Source: Nocardioidaceae bacterium
Lineage (GTDB): Bacteria > Actinomycetota > Actinomycetes > Propionibacteriales > Nocardioidaceae
NCBI GenBank assembly: GCA_013697585.1
Contig: JACCWP010000026.1
Location: forward strand, 1-51,699
Length of the DNA: 51,699 nucleotides
Direction: 5' to 3'
This document shows positions 20,614 to 29,891 of this stretch, one piece after another; positions within the stretch are counted from its first letter, which is position 1; every line of letters starts with the position of its first letter. Both the position numbers and the translations under genes were made by a program. The notes below the pieces were generated by a model. That model was not told the DNA's origin, made no database searches, and worked only from the letters and a program-made list of their open reading frames with translations.

Positions 20614-20901
20614 TCAGCCGGTCAGAGCGCGGCGGAGCCGACCGGGGTCGACCTGCCAGAAGTCGTGCTGGCGGCCGTCGACGAAGGTCACCGGGACCTG
20701 CTCGGTGAAGAGCTCGCGCAGCCGCCCGGAGCCGGGGCTGTCTGCGTCAATGTCGATCTCGGCCCAGCCGACCCCGAGGCCGGAACAGGTGGCCGCGACC
20801 ACGGCGCCGGCCTGCTCGCACAGGTGACAGCCAGAACGGGAGAAGAGCACGACCCGCGCGTCCCCAGCGTGCGGTACCGACCCGTCCTCATCCGGTGTCA
20901 C
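20614..20901 (-). CDS. Glutaredoxin-like protein (DUF836 type)
   Basis: SRSGCHLCEQA, EQVPVTFVDGRQHDFWQVD. Confidence 0.88.
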   Translation of the reverse strand: MTPDEDGSVPHAGDARVVLFSRSGCHLCEQAGAVVAATCSGLGVGWAEIDIDADSPGSGRLRELFTEQVPVTFVDGRQHDFWQVDPGRLRRALTG

Positions 20902-20950
20902 GCCGCGAAGTGTTCCAGACGGGCGCGCCCGCCGCAGCGCACCCTCAACC

Positions 20951-22030
20951 TCAGAAGAACACGTGCTTGCGATGCATCAACAGGGTGTAGAGCGTCTGCT
21001 GGATCGTCTCGCGGACCTGGTCGGTCACGTTGAGGACCAGCATCGGGTCGTCGGCCGCGCCATCGCGCCATGCGTCGGTGCGGATCGGCTCGCCGAACTC
21101 GATGACCCACTTGCTCGGCAGCGGTACCAGCCCCAGCGGACCCAACCAGGGAAACAGCGGCGTCAGCGGCAGGTAGGGAACCTTGAGCAGTCGCGCCAGA
21201 GCGGGGATGTCCCCGATCAGCGGATAGATCTCCTCGGCCCCGACGATCGAGCAGGGAACGATCGGAACACCCGTGCGGATCGCGGCGGACACGAAGCCAC
21301 CGCGGCCGAACCGCCGCAGCTGGTAACGCTCGGCGAAGGGCTTGCCGACGCCCTTGAAACCCTCCGGCCACACTCCGACGAGCTCACCGTCGCCGAGCAT
21401 CCGCTCAGCGTCCTCAGCGCAGGCCAGGGTTGCGCCTGCCTTGCGCGCCAGCTCGGACACGAATGGCAACGTGAACACGAGATCTGCACCGAGGGCCCGC
21501 AGGTAGCGGCCCGCTCGGTCGTGCAGCACCAGGCTGGTCATCAACGCATCCATCGGCACCGTGCCCGAGTGGTTGGCGACCAGCAGCGCGCCGCCCTCGG
21601 CAGGCACGCGGGAAAGGCCGCGTACCTCGATCCGGAACCACTTCTCGGCAAGCGGGCGCAGCAGCGGCATCAGGACCGATGAGGTGAGCTCGGCGTCGAA
21701 TCCGATCTCGTCGATCTCGTAGTCGCCGGTGAGGCGGCGGCGCAGGAACGCCAGTGCCCGGGCGATCGGGTCGGGCGCAGCCCCGCCGGGCGACGCCTCC
21801 TCGCCGAGCTCGGCGGCGGCCTGCTCGACGACATCGTCGACGTCCTCCGGCACCGACGCGTCGGGCCTGGTTCTCGCGGTCTGCTCGCGACCCGCACCTG
21901 CGGCTGCGCGCTTGCTCGGGCCGCGAGGTCGGGGGGCGAGCAGGCGGGACGCCCGACTGGGCGAGGTCGTCCGGCTGCCTCGACCGGGACGGCCGCGGGT
22001 GCCGATCGGGATGACGTCGGCGTCAGCCAT
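20951..22030 (-). CDS. Lysophospholipid acyltransferase family protein (Rv0502-like)
   Basis: ANHSGTVPMD, VWPEGFKG, FGRGGFV, IVGAEEIYP. Start ATG 22030 (MADADVIPIG). Confidence 0.9.
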   Translation of the reverse strand: MADADVIPIGTRGRPGRGSRTTSPSRASRLLAPRPRGPSKRAAAGAGREQTARTRPDASVPEDVDDVVEQAAAELGEEASPGGAAPDPIARALAFLRRRLTGDYEIDEIGFDAELTSSVLMPLLRPLAEKWFRIEVRGLSRVPAEGGALLVANHSGTVPMDALMTSLVLHDRAGRYLRALGADLVFTLPFVSELARKAGATLACAEDAERMLGDGELVGVWPEGFKGVGKPFAERYQLRRFGRGGFVSAAIRTGVPIVPCSIVGAEEIYPLIGDIPALARLLKVPYLPLTPLFPWLGPLGLVPLPSKWVIEFGEPIRTDAWRDGAADDPMLVLNVTDQVRETIQQTLYTLLMHRKHVFF

Positions 22031-22031
22031 G

Positions 22032-23081
22032 TCACCCACCGCCGGTCGGTCGCGGTCCGGTCGCTGTCGCGGCGCATGCGGCGCCCACCGTCGCACCCAG
22101 CGCGCGTTCGACCCGCTGCACACACTCGGGGTCCAGCAGACCCGAGCCGATAAAGCTGCCGAAGTCTGCGACAGCGGCCGGCGTTGACCACCGCGGCGCA
22201 AGACCGAAGCGTTCCTTGAGCGCGGTGGTGTCGACCACTCGCCCGTACGTGAGCAGTGCGGCCTCGTCAGCGGGCAGCGCGGCACCCGCGACGCGTCGCA
22301 TTGCCTGGCCGAGCAGGCCCACTCCCCGCGGGACGGGCAGGGACGGGCGGCCCAGCCGGCGAACCAGCTGGGACAGCGTGACCGCGCCGTCACCGGCAAG
22401 GTTGTACGTGCCCTCGAGATCGTTGACCGTGGCCCGTGCCAGCGCGGCCGCCGCGTCGTCGGGGTGCAGAACCTGCAACCGGGGGTCGAACCCGAGCACG
22501 GTCGGGACCACCGGCAGCCGCAGGTACCGCGCCAGCGGGCCGTCGACACCCGCACCCAGCAGGTCGGCGCAGCGCAGCACCGTGATCGCGACGTCGGGGC
22601 GACGGCGAGCGAACCCGCGCAGATACCCCTCGTTCTCAGCACAGTCCTTGGCGTACCCGGTGCGCGGCAACTGCCTGGCCACGGTGTCCTCCGTGAACAC
22701 TGCGGGGTCGCGAGGCGACGCACCATAGACACCGGTCGACGAGCTGAGCACCAGGCTGCGCACGCCCGCTGCGCGCTGGCAGGCGGCGAGCAGCTGCATG
22801 GTGCCGATGACGTTGCGCTCCCCCCGCGAGCTGCCGGCACGCGCCGGCGGCTCGGCGACGGTGAGGTGCAGCACCGTGTCGACGCCCTCGACCCCCAACA
22901 GCTCGGCCATGACAGGGTTTCGTAGGTCGGCACGCACGAACCGGGCACCGCCGAGATCTGCTGCCGGCGGCACGACATCGACTGCGACGACTCGCGCGAC
23001 CGCGGCGTCGTCGACCAGCCGGCGAGCGGTCTCGGCGCCGAGCGGGGTCGCGGCGCCGGTGACAAGGACGACTCGTCCCAT
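22032..23081 (-). CDS. NAD-dependent epimerase/dehydratase (Rv0501-like)
   Basis: VLVTGA, NVIGTMQLLAAC, SSTGVYG, GFDPRLQVLH. Confidence 0.9.
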   Translation of the reverse strand: MGRVVLVTGAATPLGAETARRLVDDAAVARVVAVDVVPPAADLGGARFVRADLRNPVMAELLGVEGVDTVLHLTVAEPPARAGSSRGERNVIGTMQLLAACQRAAGVRSLVLSSSTGVYGASPRDPAVFTEDTVARQLPRTGYAKDCAENEGYLRGFARRRPDVAITVLRCADLLGAGVDGPLARYLRLPVVPTVLGFDPRLQVLHPDDAAAALARATVNDLEGTYNLAGDGAVTLSQLVRRLGRPSLPVPRGVGLLGQAMRRVAGAALPADEAALLTYGRVVDTTALKERFGLAPRWSTPAAVADFGSFIGSGLLDPECVQRVERALGATVGAACAATATGPRPTGGG

Positions 23082-23111
23082 TCTCACCTCACCCCGGTAG
23101 CCGTGCCAGGG

Positions 23112-23213
23112 TCACTTCCCAGCGCGACGTCGCTGGATTCGGGTGCGCTTCAACAGCTTGCGGTGCTTCTTCTTCGCCATCCGCTTGCGACGCTTCTTGA
23201 TGACCGAACCCAC
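23112..23213 (-). CDS. 30S ribosomal protein bS22 (AURKAIP1/COX24 family, Rv0500B-like)
   Basis: Below the ORF-track cutoff. Manual translation [33 protein letters not shown] (33 aa). Confidence 0.95.
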
Positions 23214-23304
23214 AACAGACCAATCGCGATAGGGGAGGCGACCACTCGTGCGGGCGCCCGGCGCAGCCTACCTGCTGGTCGTGCCGACCCCGTACGACGC
23301 GTGC

Positions 23305-23514
23305 TCAGCCGGCTTGGAAGTACGCCTTGCGCAGGTACTCGTCGACGGCGTCCTCAGGAACCCGAAATGAGCGACCGACGCGTACGGCCTCCAGCTGACC
23401 GTTGTGGACCAGCCGATAGACGGTCATCTTGGACACCCGCATGGTCTGGGCCACTTCGGCCACGGTCAGGAACCGCACCTCGGACAGACCGGGCTTCTGC
23501 GGTCCAGAGGCCAT
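23305..23514 (-). CDS. Small excisionase-like HTH DNA-binding protein (Rv0500A/BdtA-like)
   Basis: FLTVAEVAQTMRVSKMTVYRLVHNGQLEAVRVGRSFRVPE. Conserved position upstream of bS22. Confidence 0.92.
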   Translation of the reverse strand: MASGPQKPGLSEVRFLTVAEVAQTMRVSKMTVYRLVHNGQLEAVRVGRSFRVPEDAVDEYLRKAYFQAG

Positions 23515-23703
23515 GGCGCACCGCACTTCCTGCACGGATCGCTCTCTGGCTTCCCCACCGGAGACATGACGTCAGTGCGTACCGGGAGGGTAGTGCCTGG
23601 TGTTGCGGGTGGGAAGCCGAACTAGCCCAGATGGCCGCAACCGCACCCGAGTGGAGGAACCTACCCACCCGTACGGTGCCCGCGAGCCGGGCGAGGGAGC
23701 CGG

Positions 23704-24909
23704 TCAGTGCCTATGATCCAGTCCCAGCAACGGGAACACGGCGTTGCGTGTTGCCTGGACGGAGCGGTCCACCGCGCTGTCCGGGTCGTAGCCGTGCGAC
23801 CAGTCGACGAAGTCCGGCTCGACACCGTCAGTCATGCGGTCGGGCCCGGGCCGGCCGATGACGGTTCGTACGTGTTCGCGCCACTGCGCCGGGATCGTGG
23901 TCGAGGGGTCGAGCGGCCGGCCGCCCACCACGGCAAGCAGGTGCGTCCAGGCGCGTGGCACCACGTCGGCTATGGCGTAGCCACCGCCGCCGGCAACGAC
24001 CCACCGACCGCCCGTGACCTCGACCGCCAGGTCGCGCAGCGCGAGGTAGGACGCACGCTGCCCATCGACAGACAGCATCAGGTGTGCAAGGGGGTCGTCA
24101 CGGTGCGAGTCGCAACCATGCTGAGTGACCAGCACCTGTGGTCCGAATGCGCGTACGGCGAGAGGCACCACGGCGTGGTACGCACGCAACCAACCGGCAT
24201 CGCCGGTGCCTGGTGGCAGCGCCACGTTGACTGCCGTCCCGGGCGCACCAGGACCACCGGTCTCGGTCGGATTGCCCGTACCCGGGAACAAGGTCTGCGG
24301 TGTCTCGTGCAGGCTGACCGTCAACACCCGTGGGTCGTCGTAGAAGATCTCCTGCACGCCGTCGCCATGGTGCACGTCGACGTCGACGTAGGCCACCCGC
24401 TGTGCGCCCTGGTCGAGCAGCCAGGCGATTGCGACCGCGATGTCGTTGTAGACACAAAAGCCGCTCGCGAGGCCAGGCATGGCGTGGTGCAACCCGCCCG
24501 CGGGACTGGCCGCCCGCGACACCTCGCCCGACCAGACGGCGCGCGCGGCCTCGACGCTCGCGGCCACCACCCGCGCGCCAGCCTCGTGCATGCCAAGGAA
24601 CGTCGGGTTGTCGTCACTTCCCAGTCCACGGGACAGCTCGTGCGCAGCTGGGTCGTCACCGGCTCGACGTACGCAGTCGATGTAGTCCTTTTGGTGCACG
24701 AGCAGGAGGGCTGCATCGTCGATCGCGGGCACGGCGACCTGGCGCAGGCCACTGTCGCCGACGACGCCGAGGGCGCGGGCCAGTCGCATGGTCAGGTCGA
24801 TCCGGGTGGGGTTCATCGGGTGCGCTGGTCCGAAGTCGTACTCCGTCAGGCTGTCGTCGAAGACGACGCACGCGTCGTCGCGGGCTTGCGCGGCAGGCGT
24901 CCCGGACAT
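23704..24909 (-). CDS. acuC: Acetoin utilization protein AcuC / Zn-dependent deacetylase
   Basis: HPMNPTR, GGLHHA, SGFCVYND, VDVDVHHGDG, SLHE, GCDSH..DPL, GGGGY. Confidence 0.93.
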   Translation of the reverse strand: MSGTPAAQARDDACVVFDDSLTEYDFGPAHPMNPTRIDLTMRLARALGVVGDSGLRQVAVPAIDDAALLLVHQKDYIDCVRRAGDDPAAHELSRGLGSDDNPTFLGMHEAGARVVAASVEAARAVWSGEVSRAASPAGGLHHAMPGLASGFCVYNDIAVAIAWLLDQGAQRVAYVDVDVHHGDGVQEIFYDDPRVLTVSLHETPQTLFPGTGNPTETGGPGAPGTAVNVALPPGTGDAGWLRAYHAVVPLAVRAFGPQVLVTQHGCDSHRDDPLAHLMLSVDGQRASYLALRDLAVEVTGGRWVVAGGGGYAIADVVPRAWTHLLAVVGGRPLDPSTTIPAQWREHVRTVIGRPGPDRMTDGVEPDFVDWSHGYDPDSAVDRSVQATRNAVFPLLGLDHRH

Positions 24910-24935
24910 GCGCGGACTCTATCCAGCGCGACGGA

Positions 24936-25739
24936 TCAGCCGCCCGCGGACAGATCCCGTGAGCGGTTGCGTGCCGCCTCCATCGCGGTGAGGAACGCCG
25001 CCCGCACCTTGTGGTCCTCGAGTTCGCGCACTGCGGCGGCGGCGGTGCCGCCGGGCGACGTCACCCGTTCGCGCAGGACGGTCGGATGCTCACCGGTCTC
25101 CCGCAGCAGCTTGGCTGACCCGACGACGGTCTGGACGACGAGCTCGCTCGACGTGCTGCGCGGCAGCCCGAGGTGCACGCCCGCCTCGATCATCGCCTCG
25201 ACGACGAAGAACAGGTACGCAGGGCCCGACCCGCTGATCGCCGTGACCGCGTCCTGCTGCTTCTCGGGTACGCGAAGCACCTTGCCGGTGGCCGCGAGCA
25301 GCTGCTCGGCCTCGACCAGGTGGGCCTCGTCGCACGACGAGCCACGCGAGATCGCTGCCATGCCCTCGTCGACGAGGGCGGGTGTGTTGGGCATGACCCG
25401 GACGACGGGAACCCGGCTCGGCAGCCGGGCCTCGAGGAACGCGGTCGTGATACCGGCAGCCAGCGACACCACCGTCGTCGCGGGCGACACGTGCGGTGCG
25501 ATCTCGTCGAGGACCTCACCCATGTCCTGCGGCTTGACGACGAGCACCAAGGTGTCGGCCTTCTGGGCCGCGTCGACGTTGCCGACCACCTCGACGCCGT
25601 ACCGTTCCTGCAGCTCGGCCGCCCGCTCCCCACGCCGCTCGGCGATCAGCAGCTCGTCGGGACGACGGCCTCCACGCAGCAGACCTGAGACCAGCGTCTC
25701 GCCCATCACTCCGGCGCCGACGACCGCAACTATGCTCAT
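24936..25739 (-). CDS. proC: Pyrroline-5-carboxylate reductase
   Basis: GAGVMG, VKPQD, VRVMPNTP, AISGSGPAY, VTSPGGT. Confidence 0.96.
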   Translation of the reverse strand: MSIVAVVGAGVMGETLVSGLLRGGRRPDELLIAERRGERAAELQERYGVEVVGNVDAAQKADTLVLVVKPQDMGEVLDEIAPHVSPATTVVSLAAGITTAFLEARLPSRVPVVRVMPNTPALVDEGMAAISRGSSCDEAHLVEAEQLLAATGKVLRVPEKQQDAVTAISGSGPAYLFFVVEAMIEAGVHLGLPRSTSSELVVQTVVGSAKLLRETGEHPTVLRERVTSPGGTAAAAVRELEDHKVRAAFLTAMEAARNRSRDLSAGG

Positions 25740-25793
25740 GGACCTCATCATGCCCGCTGACGGCTCGCGGCGGAGCGCAGCCGGGCAGGCGGA

Positions 25794-26540
25794 TCAGGCC
25801 GTCCTGCGCCTCAGGGTCGCGGCGCCGAAGAGCAGAGCCAGCAGAGCGCTCCCCGCGATGACCGCAAGGTCCACGGTCAGGTCGGCTGTCCACGTCGCCG
25901 ACAGCTGGACCTGTTGCATGGCGTCGACGGCGTACGACAGCGGCAGCACGTCGGAGACCGCACCGAGCACGTCGGGCAGGGTGTCACGCGGCACGAACAA
26001 CCCGCACAGCAGCAGCTGCGGCAACACCAGCGCCGGCATGAACTGCACGGCCTGGAACTCGGTCTCCGCGAACGCCGAGACGAACAGGCCGAGCGCCGTC
26101 CCGAGCACGGCGTTGAGGACCGAGACGAGCATCAGCGCCCACACCGGCCCCCGGACGTCCATGTCGAGCAGGCCGACGGTCAGCCCGACCGCGAGCCCCG
26201 ACTGGGCGAGCCCGACAGCGCCGAACGCAATGGCGTAGCCGAGCAACAGGTCGGCCTTGCCCATCGGCATCGCCAGCAGCCGCTCCAACGTGCCGGACGC
26301 CCGCTCACGCAAGGTGGTCACCGAGGTGACGAGGAACATCACGATGAACGGGAAGACCACGAGCAGGGGCGGCCCGAACCGGTCGAAAGTTGCCGCCGAC
26401 GAGTCGCTGCCGTCGAACATCCACCAGAGCAGGCCAAGCAGCAGGCTCGGTACGGCGAGCAGCATGCCGACGGTTCGGTGGTCGCGGCGCAGCTGGGCAA
26501 GCACCCGCCCGGCGACGGCTCCGGTGATTCGCGGAGTCAT
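25794..26540 (-). CDS. ABC-2 type transporter permease
   Basis: QLRRDHRT, RERASGTLERL, TEFQAVQFMP, LPLSYAVDA; six TM helices. Confidence 0.92.
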   Translation of the reverse strand: MTPRITGAVAGRVLAQLRRDHRTVGMLLAVPSLLLGLLWWMFDGSDSSAATFDRFGPPLLVVFPFIVMFLVTSVTTLRERASGTLERLLAMPMGKADLLLGYAIAFGAVGLAQSGLAVGLTVGLLDMDVRGPVWALMLVSVLNAVLGTALGLFVSAFAETEFQAVQFMPALVLPQLLLCGLFVPRDTLPDVLGAVSDVLPLSYAVDAMQQVQLSATWTADLTVDLAVIAGSALLALLFGAATLRRRTA

Positions 26541-27271
26541 GACATCGCCTCCTGTCGGGCACCGTCGACGATCGCGAGGAACGCGCTCTCGACGTCGGCG
26601 GCTTGCGTACGCTCTCGCAGCGCCTGCGGCGTCCCCTCGGCCAGCAGCTCGCCGTTGCGCAACAGCAGCAGCCGGTCGCAGCGGTGCGCCTCATCCATGA
26701 CGTGGCTCGACACCAGCAGCGTCTGACCACCGGCTGCGAGCCGGTGGAACAGGCCCCAGAGGTCGCGGCGCAGCACCGGATCGAGACCAACCGTCGGCTC
26801 GTCGAGGACCAGCAGGTCGGGTGAGCCCAGCAGGGCGACCGCGAGCGAGACCCGCGAGCGCTGACCGCTGGACAGGCGCCCGACCAACGACCCGGCGTGG
26901 TCTGTGAGGTCGACGTGCTCGATCGCCCCCGCGGCCGCGCCGGGCGAGACCCCGAGCACGCGAGCGAAGAACCGAAGATTCTCACTCACGCTCAGATCGC
27001 CATAGACGCTCGGCGCCTGGGTGACGTAGCCCACGCGGCGGCGAAGCTCAGCCGCGCCCGCGGGCCGGCCCAGCACCTCGACGGTGCCGCTGCACACCCG
27101 CTGCACACCGACGATGGCGCGGATGAGGGTGCTCTTGCCACCGCCGGACGGACCGAGAAGCCCGGTCACCTGACCAGCGGCGACGCTGCAGGTGAGATCC
27201 GGCAGCACCACGCGACCGCCCCGGACGACCCGCAGGTGCCGCACGTACACAGCTGAGGAGTTATTGGTCAT
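26537..27271 (-). CDS. ABC transporter ATP-binding protein
   Basis: GPSGGGKST, LSSGQ, LLVLDEPTVGLDP, SSH. Start ATG 27271. Confidence 0.94.
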   Translation of the reverse strand: MTNNSSAVYVRHLRVVRGGRVVLPDLTCSVAAGQVTGLLGPSGGGKSTLIRAIVGVQRVCSGTVEVLGRPAGAAELRRRVGYVTQAPSVYGDLSVSENLRFFARVLGVSPGAAAGAIEHVDLTDHAGSLVGRLSSGQRSRVSLAVALLGSPDLLVLDEPTVGLDPVLRRDLWGLFHRLAAGGQTLLVSSHVMDEAHRCDRLLLLRNGELLAEGTPQALRERTQAADVESAFLAIVDGARQEAMS

Positions 27272-27278
27272 GTGTTCA

Positions 27279-27307
27279 ATACTGACAACGATCTTTTGGC
27301 CCGTCAA
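27279..27307 (-). promoter_or_regulatory. Sigma-70-type leaderless promoter of the ABC operon
   Basis: TTGACG-17 nt-CAGTAT-7 nt-ATG read on the minus strand. Confidence 0.7.
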
Positions 27308-27410
27308 GCCCTGAGCTCGTTCACTGCTGGGGAGGCGCCTGCACTCCCCCCGTGTTGCAGCGCCGTGGAAGTGACGCTTTCGCAAGGGGACCTGCGAAAA
27401 CCGCCGGACG

Positions 27411-28007
27411 TCAGCCGCGCAGGTGCAGCTGCAGCGCGGGGGCCAGGCGGTTGACCACCTCGTCGGGTGGCATCGACGCGAGCGGCTCGACCCGTACGGC
27501 GTAACGCAAGGTGGCCATGCCAAGCAGCTGGGCGAGCGCGAGCTGGATCCGGGCGGCGGGGTCGGGAGCGGCGACGGCACGTCCGAGCGCGCCCACGGCC
27601 ATCGGCATGAACCCCTCACGCAGCATCGTTGCGACCGGCGGGCTGGTCATCGCGCCACGCAGCAGCGCGAGCAGGGACTCCCGCCGTCGCTCGTCCTCCC
27701 AGATGTCGACGAAGGTGCGTGCCAGTCCCCGTCCGAGGTCGTCGGGCGGACCGTCAGCAACCGGTGCCAGCACCACGCGTGGGTCGAACGGCACCGCCAG
27801 CGCAGCCAGGAAGAGATCCTCCTTGGCACCAAAGAAGTGGTGCACGAGGCCCGGCGCGACACCGGCCGCTGCGGCGACCCCCCGCACGGTAGTGCGCTCG
27901 AATCCCTTGTCTGCAAAGGCCGTACGCGCGGCCGAAAGGATCTGACCGCGAGTGTCCGGAGCGCCCGGTCGTCGGCCCGGACCCCGCACGCCCGACCCCG
28001 TGACCAT
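27411..28007 (-). CDS. TetR-family transcriptional regulator
   Basis: GRRPGAPDTRGQILSAARTAFADKGFERTTVRGVAAAAGVAPGLVHHFFGAKEDLF; RYAVRVEPLAS C-terminus. Confidence 0.93.
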   Translation of the reverse strand: MVTGSGVRGPGRRPGAPDTRGQILSAARTAFADKGFERTTVRGVAAAAGVAPGLVHHFFGAKEDLFLAALAVPFDPRVVLAPVADGPPDDLGRGLARTFVDIWEDERRRESLLALLRGAMTSPPVATMLREGFMPMAVGALGRAVAAPDPAARIQLALAQLLGMATLRYAVRVEPLASMPPDEVVNRLAPALQLHLRG

Positions 28008-28013
28008 GCCGAC

Positions 28014-28952
28014 TCAGCCCCGGCTGAGCAGCGAGCGGGCGAAGAACGCGACGTTGGCCGGCCGTTCGGCGAGCCGACGGACCAGGTAGCCGTACCACTG
28101 GTCGCCGTAGGGGACGTAGACGCGCACGAAACTTCCTGCGGCGGACAGCCTGAGCTGCTCGTCCGGTCGCACACCGTAGAGCATCTGGTACTCGAAGCTG
28201 TCCGACGCGCGGTCGGCCCGATCGGCAAGCACCCCCGCGATCCGGATCAGGCGCGGGTCGTGGGTAGCCACCATCGGGTGCCCTGCGCCGTTCATCAGCA
28301 CCTTGAGGCAACGCACGTAGGAGCGGTCGACGTCGACCCGGTCCTGGTAGGCGACCGAGTCGGGCTCCTTGTACGCGCCCTTGCACAGCCGCACCCGAGA
28401 CCCCGCGTGAGCCAGGTTCTTGCAGTCGCCCTCGGTGCGTCGCAGGTGGGACTGCAGCACTGCCCCGGTCTCGGGGAAGTCCAGGCGAAGGTCGGCCAGC
28501 ACGTCGAGGGTGGCATCGGTGGTGGTGTGGTCTTCCATGTCCAGCGTGACGGTGGTGCCGACGTTGCGAGCCGCCCGGCACACGCGCCGCGCGTTGTCGA
28601 GCGCGATCCGGTCACCGTCGCCTCGACCGCCGCTGAGCGCCTGTCCGATCGCCGACAGCTTCACCGACACCTCGGTGTCGCGAGTCAGGCCGGCGTTGCC
28701 GAGCCGGCGGAGCACGTCGCCGTACGCCTCGACGGTCTCCTCGGCCTGTTCGCGGGTACGGGTGTCCTCGCCCAGGTGGTCGAGCGACACCTGCAGACCG
28801 TCGCCGCTGAGCTCGGCGGCGACGCGCACCGCGTCCGCGGCCGACTCGCCGGCGACGAATCTCGCCACGACCCCGCTCGACACGGGCATCGTGCTCGTCA
28901 GCCCCTTCATCCGCTCGCTGCGCGCCAGCGCCAGGAGCGTCCTTCTCAGCAC
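28014..28952 (-). CDS. Monofunctional proline dehydrogenase
   Basis: [67 protein letters not shown]. Confidence 0.95.
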   Translation of the reverse strand: MLRRTLLALARSERMKGLTSTMPVSSGVVARFVAGESAADAVRVAAELSGDGLQVSLDHLGEDTRTREQAEETVEAYGDVLRRLGNAGLTRDTEVSVKLSAIGQALSGGRGDGDRIALDNARRVCRAARNVGTTVTLDMEDHTTTDATLDVLADLRLDFPETGAVLQSHLRRTEGDCKNLAHAGSRVRLCKGAYKEPDSVAYQDRVDVDRSYVRCLKVLMNGAGHPMVATHDPRLIRIAGVLADRADRASDSFEYQMLYGVRPDEQLRLSAAGSFVRVYVPYGDQWYGYLVRRLAERPANVAFFARSLLSRG

Positions 28953-29872
28953 GGAGGCCTCCTGTCCGGTGCCGCGAGTGGTGCCGCGAGTGGTGCCGCG
29001 AGTGGTGCCGCGAGTGGTGCCGCGATGGGTGCCGACTGTACGTCCTGCTGGCGGTCTCGGCGGGAGGCCAGGTGCAGCCTGGTGAACGCCAGGGCCTCAG
29101 CCAGGTCGGCCTCGCGCTGGGCCCGACCAAGGGCGCGACGGGTGTTGATCTCGACGACCACCTCACCGGTGAACGACCGGTCGGCGAGCAGCCCGAGCAC
29201 CTGCGCACACGGTTGATTGCCGCGACCGGGCACCAGGTGCTCGTCCTTGGCCGAGCCCGAACCGTCGGCCAGGTGCACGTGCCTGAGCCGGTCACCGAGA
29301 TCCAGCGCGGTCGCCATCGCGTCGCACCCGCTGGTGGCCGCGTGCGACAGGTCGAGGGTCACGTGCCGTGAGTCGTGCTGGACCGGGTCCCAGCCCGGCG
29401 TGTACGCGTCAACCACCCGCTTGCGCGCTCGCCAGGGGTACATGTTCTCGACCGCGTACGCGAGTCCCGTACGCCGCTCCAGCTCGGCGATGCCGGAGAG
29501 GAACCCGCGCCCATAGTCGCGCTGCCAGCGAAAGGCGGGGTGTACCACCACGACGCCGGCACCGAGCGCGTGTGCCATCTGCGCGCTCCGTTCCAGCTTG
29601 CCCCAAGGCTCGGTGCCCCAGACCCGCTGGGTGATGAGCAGGCAGGGCGCGTGGACCGCGACGACCCGCAGCTGGTGGTCGTCGCTGAGCCTGCGAACCG
29701 CGTCGATGTCCTGGCTGGTCTCGTCGAGTGCGACCATCAGCTCGACGGCGTCGTATCCCAGTGCCGCCGCGAGCTCGAACCCCACCGGGGTCGGCTCCGG
29801 ATAGACCGACGACGTCGACAGCGCGACGGCGGCCGTCGGCACGACCACGGTCGGGTCGGTCGGCTCACTCAT
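28946..29872 (-). CDS. Sugar phosphate isomerase/epimerase (TIM barrel, Rv0498-like)
   Basis: [44 protein letters not shown]...DEHLVPGRG. Confidence 0.9.
   Translation of the reverse strand: MSEPTDPTVVVPTAAVALSTSSVYPEPTPVGFELAAALGYDAVELMVALDETSQDIDAVRRLSDDHQLRVVAVHAPCLLITQRVWGTEPWGKLERSAQMAHALGAGVVVVHPAFRWQRDYGRGFLSGIAELERRTGLAYAVENMYPWRARKRVVDAYTPGWDPVQHDSRHVTLDLSHAATSGCDAMATALDLGDRLRHVHLADGSGSAKDEHLVPGRGNQPCAQVLGLLADRSFTGEVVVEINTRRALGRAQREADLAEALAFTRLHLASRRDRQQDVQSAPIAAPLAAPLAAPLAAPLAAPDRRPPC
28968..29035. repeat. 12-bp tandem repeat (GGTGCCGCGAGT x4, one variant copy, one partial)
   Basis: Read directly. Encodes AAPL repeats in the C-terminal tail of the minus-strand gene 28946..29872. 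Confidence 0.95.
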
Positions 29873-29891
29873 CCGACGAGACTATGTGTCG

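Noticed and set aside
23305..23514. Excisionase-like gene as evidence of a prophage or ICE
   Set aside because: It is the conserved chromosomal Rv0500A/BdtA-type gene in its normal context, with no integrase or att site nearby.
28953..28962. GGAGGCCTCC palindrome as an SD-sequestering hairpin for proline dehydrogenase
   Set aside because: No room for a loop, so a stable intramolecular stem is unlikely.
28968..29035. Tandem repeat considered as a CRISPR array
   Set aside because: 12-bp units with no spacers and no cas genes; it is an in-frame coding VNTR.
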